Positions 1 to 8,256 of a stretch of DNA of 25,664 bases are shown here, in pieces. This DNA comes from a virus (taxonomy: Duplodnaviria; Caudoviricetes), in the IMG/VR virus record IMGVR_UViG_3300036760_000357, positions 1 through 25,664 of that record, one strand, 5' to 3'. How positions within the stretch are numbered: position 1 is the first letter of the stretch; each line of letters opens with the position of its first letter. The translations under genes and the position numbers were made by a program. A model generated the notes under the pieces. That model saw nothing but the letters and a program-made list of their open reading frames with translations. It did no database searches and had not been told where the DNA came from.

Positions 1-125
1 CTGGCAGATTGCTGGTTTTTGGAGGTATGCGATAATCTCCGGCCTTTCAAACTGACCTGTGCCCGCCAACTTCCACTAGGCAGCTGGCAGATCGTTCCCT
101 CTCCCGCTGTACGCCGTTTTGCCAT
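1..125 (-). CDS. int: Tyrosine integrase, N-terminal fragment (runs off the left edge)
   Basis: Hand translation from ATG at 125: MAKRRTAGEGTICQLPSGSWRAQVSLKGRRLSHTSKNQQSA..., matching the typical 'MAKRR.nGEGsI.q...GrWra' arm-binding N-terminus of phage tyrosine integrases. AGGA SD lies upstream. The catalytic domain is outside the window. Confidence 0.75.
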   Translation of the reverse strand, partial: MAKRRTAGEGTICQLPSGSWRAQVSLKGRRLSHTSKNQQSA

Positions 126-147
126 AAAGTTCCTATCTTTTCCCGCT

Positions 148-156
148 AGTATAGCA
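148..156 (-). promoter_or_regulatory. Extended -10 promoter of the integrase (TG-C-TATACT)
   Basis: Minus strand reads TGTGCTATACT, about 22 nt upstream of the integrase ATG. Confidence 0.6.
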
Positions 157-167
157 CAAATTTTCTA
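152..167. promoter_or_regulatory. Putative LexA (SOS) box overlapping the integrase promoter
   Basis: TAGCACAAATTTTCTA matches TAGAACAAATGTTCTA (GAAC-N4-GTTC type) at 14/16 positions and overlaps the extended -10. Both mismatches fall in the core. Confidence 0.4.
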
Positions 168-238
168 ACAGAACGCCCTATGATGGCTGAGTTTCAAAAA
201 GGTGATACCGCTGGTCCGTCGATATGCATGGACGTCCT

Positions 239-280
239 ATAAACAAACCACCGATTATTATCCTCCATCAATCAGTGGTT
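239..280 (-). terminator. Putative intrinsic terminator upstream of the integrase promoter
   Basis: Minus-strand RNA AACCACUGAUU-13 nt-AAUCGGUGGUU forms an 11-bp stem (one G-U) followed by UGUUUAU. The loop is long. Confidence 0.4.
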
Positions 281-353
281 ATATGTTTCCCCCAAACAAA
301 TTTGTTAGTTGTGTATCCTAATATTGTCTTAGGACGTTAATATTATATGGATC

Positions 354-359
354 TATAAT
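354..359 (+). promoter_or_regulatory. Possible -10 box for the lipoprotein gene
   Basis: Perfect TATAAT in an AT-rich tract, 11 nt before the AAGGAG SD. There is no convincing -35. Confidence 0.3.
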
Positions 360-382
360 TACATATATCAAAGGAGATGACA

Positions 383-748
383 ATGAAGACAATGAAAGTT
401 TCTGTAATTGTAGTAGTGATTATGCTTATCCTGTCCAGTTGCGGACGTGATCTATCCACACCGTCAAGCCGACTTGTTGGCCACTGGAGAGCGGAGACAA
501 CTAGAAAAATAGAATATTACATCAGTAAGAGTACCATCACTGAGTATGATCCAGGAGATGGTTCGGTGTTTACTGGCAAATATACTATTTTCAGTGAAAC
601 ACCAGACGGAGAGAAGGTAACTCTGGATGTGATCTGGCCAGGGGGTAATGGGGATGACCTTATAGACTTTATGGTGGGAAAAGATGGTAATAGTACGATC
701 ATGATGTCATTTAGAATAAATTACATTGATAATAGGAACACGCCATAA
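383..748 (+). CDS. Lipoprotein, moron-like (possible lipocalin-like beta barrel)
   Basis: Basic N-terminus, hydrophobic stretch and lipobox LSSC, with a 'LVGHW' motif after the tether. SD AAGGAG (371-376) fits ATG 383 better than 377. AT-rich and opposite to the late operon. Confidence 0.75.
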   Translation: MKTMKVSVIVVVIMLILSSCGRDLSTPSSRLVGHWRAETTRKIEYYISKSTITEYDPGDGSVFTGKYTIFSETPDGEKVTLDVIWPGGNGDDLIDFMVGKDGNSTIMMSFRINYIDNRNTP

Positions 749-847
749 TAGACACTAATTCCCAGTCACCCTAGAGAACTAATTATTATATTATTGGTAA
801 TCGGCGACCATATTGGTATCCTTCTAATAGCAATAAGTTTTCGAGGC

Positions 848-1039
848 TTATTCCGCATTTATTTGCGCCGTCTCGGGTTCGATCAATCTCTTTAATTCTC
901 CGATTGCCCCATTATAAGCAGCGACCTGATTATTTGCCTGTAATACAAAATTATCCCGTTCCTTTTCCAATGCCGCAATTCGCTCTTTGACTACATCTTC
1001 AAGCGGCTTTTTTTCTTCTGATTTATTCTTTGCATCCAC
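848..1039 (-). CDS. Small coiled-coil protein downstream of the tail fibre (possible fibre chaperone)
   Basis: 63 aa, GTG start with AAGGA SD, heptad pattern (ERIAALEKERDNF...GAIGELKRL), last gene of the tail operon. Confidence 0.6.
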   Translation of the reverse strand: MDAKNKSEEKKPLEDVVKERIAALEKERDNFVLQANNQVAAYNGAIGELKRLIEPETAQINAE

Positions 1040-1072
1040 GATTAAATTCCTTGTGAATTGAATTTCCTAAGC

Positions 1073-3508
1073 TTAGGCTAAAGAATAATATGGCATCCAA
1101 TGTTCCGTACCGTTGACTTTTATCATCACGTGTCCCTGTATAGTCGCTGTTGTTGTTTTAGTTGTAACACTTGTTGTGACTCCCGATCCAGAGGTTCCTT
1201 GATAGTTCGTAAATGGTTGGTCTTGGTCATCCTGGTCAAGTTCAAGAACGGGCATTGCCCCGGCAGTAAGGGGTTGGGTGATATCAAGCGCGGCCGCTTG
1301 AATTCCCGCACCCGTATTTATTCCAACCATTTGCACATCTCCACAAATTTGAAGATATGCCGATTTACCCTTACCTTGGGCGCGTAAGGTAATTGTCCCG
1401 TTATGGTCTGCATCCGCCCATGAATCCAAGCGAACTTCACTATTTTTGGCAACCGCTTCCGGAATGATTGTACGCATGAAACAATCGTCGGCGTTTTGAA
1501 ACATTTCAATTCCGCCCTGATGAACCGCGCCCGAGGTCATAAAAGAATAACTGGTAATAGTCGACCAACTTCCAGTGGCTACAATATTAATGCCGCTTGA
1601 ATCCATCACAACTGCACCAGCCCCGGCGATAAGTTGGCCGGTTGCGGCATCAATTTTGGTTTGTAGTATGTTGGAGGCTAATGAATAAAGACCTGTTCGA
1701 TCAATCCAAATACCCGTCCCGGCGTTGGCGGCGGTAGGAGGCGTTGACCCAATCGAGATGGCACTATTGGCTCCGGGCATGGTCAACTTTTTAGTAATCT
1801 CCGCCCCGGCGCTTGCATCCAGTGTAATCACGGCTGCCCCTGCGCTATCCAGGATCGTCAAGACGCCTGCGGCGGATATTTGTAAACGAGTTACCTCTAC
1901 TCCAGAACCGTCACGATAGCGCATCCGTATCCCATTGGTCGGATCGATGGTCACAAAACTTTGACTGTTGGCATACTTTCCAAATGCTGATCCGTAGGTA
2001 TCTACCCCATAGCCGTATAATCCGTTTAGATTACCGATTGCCCAGGCTTCGATTAAATCGCTGTGCACCGTTCCGGTCCTGATGTTGCCCACAATGGTTG
2101 GACCAATATGAGAAGCCGAACGAACAGACCGCATTGAATAAAGGTCGATATAACCATCACCGATTACACCCGTGTTTAGAACGGCGTCGCCCGCGTACCA
2201 ATCATTAGTACCAGTACCGTCTAAATCTCTTTGAACGAAGTAAAGGTAGGGTCCGGGACCACCGAAATCATAAGGTCCCGCCAGCATTTTTATAAATTCG
2301 ATGTGACCGTTGGCTTCCATATATGCGATATCATTTACCGCCATTTGATTATGTTTGGTAATGATGGTATCCATATACCAGGTCACATCGTCGTAAGAGC
2401 AATATCCCCCGTTGAAGTCCGGCCCATAAAGAATTAATGCCAAAGTGGTATAACCAACCTCGGGAACGAATGTAAAAGTTACCTTTGTCCAGGTGGTGCC
2501 CGTAACACCCGTATCCGTTGGTAAAACCAGCCAACCATCCGGAGAACTATCATAAATGCCATATCTGCCCTGATGGGTTCCATCGCCTCGTGTCCAAAAA
2601 CTAACGGTATATCCTTGCCCTGCCGTAGTTCCTAAATAACAACCAACCCAACAGCCAAAACTCGGTCCAGAGGTAATCTTGGCAGAATAACTTCCACCAT
2701 GCGGGGATGTGGCATCTTGCTGAATATTGCCGTCACTCCACGATTCATCCCAACCGGCAAATACATCTGCGCCGCCGCCACCAGGCGTCTCGAAGCCTGG
2801 GTTCCCTATTAGATTAGTTTGTGAAGCCGAAACATCTGATGTAAGTGTGGTGGTGGGTGCAACGAGTACCCGCCCCCCGATAGTCGCCATTGTGTTTTGA
2901 GCGACCAACGTTTCCACCCATAGCTCGGCCGCATGGAGCATGAGGTACTTTTTGTTGATACTGCCTATGTTTAGATCGTAATTAGCATATGGGAGTAAGT
3001 CTTTTCCACCTGGATTAAACGTAACATCACCCGCGGGGGCAATGGTTAGATTAGCACCACTCTTGTCTGCCAGTATATCTACGTTTAGCCGCACCAGATT
3101 TAGATAGCCGGAAGCATCACTGGCAAGTATGCTGTCTGCAGCACCTGGATTGCTGCTGCTGGCCAATGTTATCGTCCGGTTAGCAGTTAAAGCACCACCG
3201 CCTGACAAACCCAATCCTGAAACCGATATGCTTTTATTCAGCTGATCAGCTTTCAGACCGGTGATGGTTTGCCCCTGGGCATTGGCTCCCAGGGTAAAAG
3301 GAGCTTGGGCTGCATTGGGAGCGAAAGAATGCTGGGCGGTGATGGTCCTGGCAGTAGTATTATGGACATATTGTGAATGATCATCGTCATCCAGGCCGGT
3401 CAATAGACCATGATCTCCAGGATTGATCACAATCACTTCCTGGGCTGCCATTTTGATGAATGGTCGCATGCGCTTGGCCAGGGTGGTTATGTTATTTTCA
3501 TCAACCAT
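1073..3508 (-). CDS. Tail fibre / receptor-binding protein with a carbohydrate-binding module
   Basis: Likely start MVDENN at 3508 (8-nt overlap with the upstream gene). Has the DHGLLTGLDDDDHSQY fibre motif, Gly/Thr/Ala-rich beta segments and a CBM4/9-like domain (NLIGNPGFE...YTVSFW...WTKVTFTF...YDDV, about 2375-2818). Confidence 0.75.
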   Translation of the reverse strand: MVDENNITTLAKRMRPFIKMAAQEVIVINPGDHGLLTGLDDDDHSQYVHNTTARTITAQHSFAPNAAQAPFTLGANAQGQTITGLKADQLNKSISVSGLGLSGGGALTANRTITLASSSNPGAADSILASDASGYLNLVRLNVDILADKSGANLTIAPAGDVTFNPGGKDLLPYANYDLNIGSINKKYLMLHAAELWVETLVAQNTMATIGGRVLVAPTTTLTSDVSASQTNLIGNPGFETPGGGGADVFAGWDESWSDGNIQQDATSPHGGSYSAKITSGPSFGCWVGCYLGTTAGQGYTVSFWTRGDGTHQGRYGIYDSSPDGWLVLPTDTGVTGTTWTKVTFTFVPEVGYTTLALILYGPDFNGGYCSYDDVTWYMDTIITKHNQMAVNDIAYMEANGHIEFIKMLAGPYDFGGPGPYLYFVQRDLDGTGTNDWYAGDAVLNTGVIGDGYIDLYSMRSVRSASHIGPTIVGNIRTGTVHSDLIEAWAIGNLNGLYGYGVDTYGSAFGKYANSQSFVTIDPTNGIRMRYRDGSGVEVTRLQISAAGVLTILDSAGAAVITLDASAGAEITKKLTMPGANSAISIGSTPPTAANAGTGIWIDRTGLYSLASNILQTKIDAATGQLIAGAGAVVMDSSGINIVATGSWSTITSYSFMTSGAVHQGGIEMFQNADDCFMRTIIPEAVAKNSEVRLDSWADADHNGTITLRAQGKGKSAYLQICGDVQMVGINTGAGIQAAALDITQPLTAGAMPVLELDQDDQDQPFTNYQGTSGSGVTTSVTTKTTTATIQGHVMIKVNGTEHWMPYYSLA

Positions 3509-4571
3509 CTTTTGGCCTTCCGATCTGGAATGGATCAATAAAACCACGAGGCATCGGAATGATTAGATCCTCATCCGATATATACTCCATTTCATCAATG
3601 AATTGAGTAGTTGGATCGGCTAATTTGGTGGTATCCAATGAGGCAGGAATAATATCTTTCATACGCATCCAAAATCCCACCGGGCATGTTTCCTTGCGAA
3701 GCATAGTATCAAATGGATCCCGTAATGACCCATCTTTTAACATCAGATTTGGCTTGCTAGGAATGATCGGTTCTTCATAAATCCGCAAACGACGCCCAAT
3801 TGTCACCTCACAAAGCATACGTCGATAATTGCTTGTACCCATTTTCAAGAGCTCTGTGATTTCATAAAGTCCATTGCCATTACCATCCCTGGTTTCCAGG
3901 GTGGATATTCCGCTAGATGTTTCCAAATCGACACCGGTGATAAATTCTCCGCAGCTGGTAATCATAGCTGCGATCTGAGTTGCCGTATCCACCGAATTTA
4001 CACCAGCATTGGCATAATAGCGCCAGGCCAGGGTATCAAACCAGCCACGACAATAAAGCGTGGCTGAGTTTTCTCCTTTTTCCCTGGGATTGATCACTGG
4101 TATTGGATATTTTTTTTCGGCCAGATATTTATCACGTGCAGCCAATGCATGTGTTTCATTGGACCCGCTGGAGGTATATAGCATCTCACGCCGGCCATAT
4201 TCAGCGGTCGAATCAACCGCCTCAGCCCATGCAGTCTTTGCGGGCAATCCACCATTTGCATCATCTTCATAGGCCACAGCGATATAATTGGCCATCGAAT
4301 CGATATTAATCCCGACCGACCATAAGCCAACATTAAGCAGGATCTCGGCTACAAATCCCCACCAGGTTGCATCTCCCTTATCGGAGAAAATATGCACCGG
4401 CCGCCTGGCATATTCAGCCAGCTCCCACAGCTCCAGCTCGGTCCCGGTTGCATGTATTTCCGCCTTTTTAGGACCACCGATCACCGAATGTGAATATGGC
4501 CCTATCTTATATATAACCTTTAACGGTGTCAGCAATTTGGAGAAATCTCGCATCCAAAAAACGGGATTCAT
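3501..4571 (-). CDS. Baseplate hub / Tal-like minor tail protein
   Basis: 356 aa, second gene after the tape measure, with a 'STAEYGRRE' hub-type motif. Coupled to both neighbours. Confidence 0.6.
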   Translation of the reverse strand: MNPVFWMRDFSKLLTPLKVIYKIGPYSHSVIGGPKKAEIHATGTELELWELAEYARRPVHIFSDKGDATWWGFVAEILLNVGLWSVGINIDSMANYIAVAYEDDANGGLPAKTAWAEAVDSTAEYGRREMLYTSSGSNETHALAARDKYLAEKKYPIPVINPREKGENSATLYCRGWFDTLAWRYYANAGVNSVDTATQIAAMITSCGEFITGVDLETSSGISTLETRDGNGNGLYEITELLKMGTSNYRRMLCEVTIGRRLRIYEEPIIPSKPNLMLKDGSLRDPFDTMLRKETCPVGFWMRMKDIIPASLDTTKLADPTTQFIDEMEYISDEDLIIPMPRGFIDPFQIGRPKDG

Positions 4572-5917
4572 AATGTCCGTCTCCGCGGGCGATAATAAAG
4601 CTTGACGGTTGCAGTCCGGGCAATCTCAGCTTTATCTGCTTCCCAGGTATGCATCAGAAAATATAGGCGTTGCTTCTTGCCAGGATAAAGCGCAATGGGA
4701 TTGCCGTACTCGATCAGGATACCCGCCTTATCATCCCCTGATCCATTATCGATATAAGCCACCTCGTTGAATCCATCATCAACCATACGGCTATTCTGGA
4801 TGACCCCATAACCGGCGCATTCCAGCATTCGCCAGCCATCCAGAGATGTGATCTGGATGAAGTCAAGATCAACATTGACCGGCGAGCCAGTGCTTTGTTG
4901 GCCGGTCATGATCATGGTCAATGTTTTCAGATTGGTCTGTCCAAGTAACCAGGGCGGGAGCCTTAATGTGAACAGATCCCGGATTTGCATGGACCGTGAA
5001 CTATCCATCGTTATCTGTCCCGATTGCCAGACAGTTGTACCGGCATATTGAAGTTGTGTGCGTAATTTAACCCAAGTTGGAGCTGCTCCTTGAAACCTGG
5101 CCAGGAATTTATAATATTGGCCATAGCAAGTATCCAAAAAGGTGTCATTCAAAGTCCAGGTGAACATGGTGGCTTCAGCACCGGAGGCCAACGCATATTG
5201 TCTATAATGCCCTCCGGAGCAGGTGATATCATCCTGTTGCGTCCCTGTTGACGAGCTCTCCCCCTCCAGGATATGGCTGAAATTAGCCGGATCGGTAAAG
5301 TTATGGCCAATCCATAAAGTAAGCAGCCGTGAGGTTGCATAAGTATTGATCACTTCCAGGCGGGTCGGTCCTTGCAGATCACCCAGCACATCTGCCGCAG
5401 CGATCTCCACCCAATTGTCATGATGATTAGGGCTGGCGCCTCCTCCATCGTCATGGTTAAAGACCGTCAATCCGGCTGTGTTATTAGTTCCATTCCCATT
5501 AGTAAGTGGCACTTGGATCTCGTCTTTCGCATCCCAATATGGTTTATGTTCAATGACGATAGTGGCCACCACCAGATAATGCCGCCAGGTTGATTCTAGG
5601 GTACTTTCATAGATTACATCACCATCCAGAAGCTTCGACATCCAGGCATCGCTGGAATCATCTACCTCATAATAAAACCAGGCAGCCAGGGCATCGTTTT
5701 TGTGATTGCGGGCATGCTCGAAAGCCAGCCTGATTCCCGTGATCTTCGAGTGTAAATCAGCACTGGATGATCCCACGATCCGGATCTTGAATTGGTCACT
5801 GATGCTCTCCATGCCTACATCAGCCGTTTCGGGATAAAAGCCACCTATAACTTCATATCCATCGGCCTGAAAATCCAGGGTGATCGAATTGTAAACGATA
5901 TACAGCTGCATGGTCAT
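4568..5917 (-). CDS. Distal tail (Dit-like) protein, enlarged
   Basis: 449 aa, immediately after the tape measure (ATGA overlap). Has 'PYW', 'GDLQGP' and C-terminal 'LYPG...VKLYYRPR' Dit-like motifs. Confidence 0.6.
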   Translation of the reverse strand: MTMQLYIVYNSITLDFQADGYEVIGGFYPETADVGMESISDQFKIRIVGSSSADLHSKITGIRLAFEHARNHKNDALAAWFYYEVDDSSDAWMSKLLDGDVIYESTLESTWRHYLVVATIVIEHKPYWDAKDEIQVPLTNGNGTNNTAGLTVFNHDDGGGASPNHHDNWVEIAAADVLGDLQGPTRLEVINTYATSRLLTLWIGHNFTDPANFSHILEGESSSTGTQQDDITCSGGHYRQYALASGAEATMFTWTLNDTFLDTCYGQYYKFLARFQGAAPTWVKLRTQLQYAGTTVWQSGQITMDSSRSMQIRDLFTLRLPPWLLGQTNLKTLTMIMTGQQSTGSPVNVDLDFIQITSLDGWRMLECAGYGVIQNSRMVDDGFNEVAYIDNGSGDDKAGILIEYGNPIALYPGKKQRLYFLMHTWEADKAEIARTATVKLYYRPRRRTL

Positions 5918-7980
5918 GATCCCCTCCGCTGGAATTCATCGGCTATGTAGCGTGCCTGGCGGCGCATATCCTTTTCTTTCCCGGGTATAGCATAAAGATT
6001 AATTGTTAACGGTACTGCAGCCGGCTGCATCTGATTTTTATGATCAGTCATTGCCATCCCGGTCCCTCTAAAAATATCGATCCCCTTTAATTCCATCGCC
6101 ATTGTTGGTAGTTTATAATTGGATAAATCTTGTGGCATTATATTGACATACTCTGACCCGGCCTCACCTGCCATAAATAGAGTCGGTTTCCTCACTATCC
6201 CTTCGAAGCCAGTTGCTGCACCAATATAGGGTTCATCTGTTTTCCAAACTCCACTGGGAATATTGGGGATCGCATCACCGGTCACGGTCACATTAATACC
6301 TACCTCATGCTGTCCTGTGATTTTATCAATCGACAGGGCAAGTGTATCCGCTGCAGTTGTAACTTCATCCACATCTAGCCTGGCTCTATTCATCATTGCT
6401 TCAAAACCGGCATAATCACCCGGGTGATCTCTCAGCCAATTGATTGCCTGATCTGTCGCCATCATCGTATTCATGGTCGCTTCATCGATCAATCCCCAAT
6501 CGAGAGCAATTTTTGCGAAAGCTGTTGAATCACTGAAACCCATCGCCGCCATTTCCTGTGCCAGAATCCCCAGGATGATCCGCTTTGTATCTTCCTCGTG
6601 GGCTGCGGCATTCTCATCGTACTGCCCTTTCAGCTCCGCATATTTACCTTTCAACTCTAATACTTTTTCGCCCAGGGGGTCATAACCATCCTTGATGGCT
6701 TTATCGATCTCTCCCTGGATTTCGCCCATTTTGGTATTTAACTCGTCTTGTGTCGTGGTGAATTTTTCCTCATTCGGTCCAAGCGTGCCATTGATATATT
6801 CATTCAGTCGACCCATTTGTCTCGTATCGGCTTCAATGGCTAAGGCGACATCTCGAGATGCATTTTTTACATCAGTTAATCTATCGTGTGCTCGCTCCAA
6901 TGCTTCACGATATGGACCACCAATTACATTTTGATAATCGATAGTTGTCTTGATCAATTCTTCAGTAGGAGGAATTAAGAGACCGCGCCGGATCGCTTCT
7001 TCCCGCTCTATTTGTGTGCTATATTCTTCAATATGGTTGAGTGTTTCTAGCTCAACTCCATATTGATTTGTCACCTGGGCAACAGTTTTTGTTCCAGTTC
7101 TTATATCTCTGAGGGCAACAGCAAGTTCTTTGTCTGTTATCAATCCTTTTTTATGTGCTAAACGAAGAAGATCTGCAGCATCTGAAGCATTTAAATTTTG
7201 TGTAATTAAATCATTAAGTCCTTCTGTTACTTTTATAATAGTAGGCAATAATTCATTGCCCAATTTATATTTCAATCCTGTGACTGAATCTCCCAAATTA
7301 TCCATCGCCACTTCATATTTGCGACCAGCATCGATGGATTCATTGGTGGCTATCAAATTGTCGCTGATCGACGCAGCCTGTTCTTTGAGCGCGGTCCCAC
7401 CCTTGGCAAGAATGGGAATAAGCGTGCCGAAGGATTTCCCATATTTCTTAGTGGCTTCTTCCATGAAGGCTGATTTATCAGTGGCAGATACAAATTCATC
7501 GGCTATTTGGGATAGCTTATCTATGGATGGAGTAACACCCTTTTTATTCATTAATTCAAGAGCATTACGGACTTCTCCAATTTCAATTCCCCAATCATCT
7601 GCCACCTGGATCAATCGACTTGTCTCTTCCGCCGATAAACCCGTAACCTGCATCATCTCGCGTACTGTCTTGTTATAGTCGACTATCTCTTTTACTGATT
7701 TCACAGAAACTGCTGCGAATGCTGCTACTCCAGCTGTTGCTAGAACAAGTGGATTAGATAATAAATTAAATGCAGTACCTAATGCTGGAACTTGTTTTTT
7801 GAGATTATTTACTTGCGTACCCAGGGCCTTGAGCGCACCCCCTGCCTTACCCGATTTATCCTCCATGCCCTTCATGGCACCCTCGACCTTACTGCGCGCC
7901 TGTGCCAGGTCGCCATCGAGCTTGTCTAAGGTAGCTCGAATAGGAACAAAGGCTTCACCGAGCTGTGATTCACTGCCCAT
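5914..7980 (-). CDS. Tape measure protein
   Basis: 688 aa, helical and Ala/Lys/Glu-rich. N-terminal 'LGEAFVPIRA' and C-terminal 'GIVRKPTLFMAGEAGSEYV' motifs are typical of TMPs. Confidence 0.88.
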   Translation of the reverse strand: MGSESQLGEAFVPIRATLDKLDGDLAQARSKVEGAMKGMEDKSGKAGGALKALGTQVNNLKKQVPALGTAFNLLSNPLVLATAGVAAFAAVSVKSVKEIVDYNKTVREMMQVTGLSAEETSRLIQVADDWGIEIGEVRNALELMNKKGVTPSIDKLSQIADEFVSATDKSAFMEEATKKYGKSFGTLIPILAKGGTALKEQAASISDNLIATNESIDAGRKYEVAMDNLGDSVTGLKYKLGNELLPTIIKVTEGLNDLITQNLNASDAADLLRLAHKKGLITDKELAVALRDIRTGTKTVAQVTNQYGVELETLNHIEEYSTQIEREEAIRRGLLIPPTEELIKTTIDYQNVIGGPYREALERAHDRLTDVKNASRDVALAIEADTRQMGRLNEYINGTLGPNEEKFTTTQDELNTKMGEIQGEIDKAIKDGYDPLGEKVLELKGKYAELKGQYDENAAAHEEDTKRIILGILAQEMAAMGFSDSTAFAKIALDWGLIDEATMNTMMATDQAINWLRDHPGDYAGFEAMMNRARLDVDEVTTAADTLALSIDKITGQHEVGINVTVTGDAIPNIPSGVWKTDEPYIGAATGFEGIVRKPTLFMAGEAGSEYVNIMPQDLSNYKLPTMAMELKGIDIFRGTGMAMTDHKNQMQPAAVPLTINLYAIPGKEKDMRRQARYIADEFQRRGS

Positions 7981-7983
7981 GTC

Positions 7984-8256
7984 TTACCGTTCCTTTATCA
8001 AGATCCAGATCGACCGAGTGGCAACTCGGCCCTGGTCAGTTGTGATTCGGCATCTTACATAATGTTTCCTCACAATGCCACCAGAGAGCCGTGCTGTTAC
8101 CGTGGTATCGTCTGCGGTGGATTCATCCAGGCTAATATCATCGCCGATTAGAATAATTTTATGTTCAGAGATTATCTCCCCATCGGCCAGAAAACTGCTC
8201 CAATCCCAGGTGTAATAATCAAGCACGTCTTTAGGATCTTTTATATATTTACGCAT
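7984..8256 (-). CDS. Small virion protein, fibre-adaptor-like
   Basis: 90 aa with 'KDPKDVLDY.WDW..L...E.I', 'LSGG' and 'CRITT..GR' motifs, as seen in small phage proteins that follow fibre genes. Confidence 0.55.
   Translation of the reverse strand: MRKYIKDPKDVLDYYTWDWSSFLADGEIISEHKIILIGDDISLDESTADDTTVTARLSGGIVRKHYVRCRITTDQGRVATRSIWILIKER

Noticed and set aside
792-818. Short direct repeat TATTGGTA twice between convergent genes
   Set aside because: An 8-bp match in AT-rich DNA is too weak to call an operator or integrase arm site.
1073-1600. Diversity-generating retroelement target at the fibre C-terminus
   Set aside because: No template repeat with adenine-specific mismatches and no reverse transcriptase are visible in this window.
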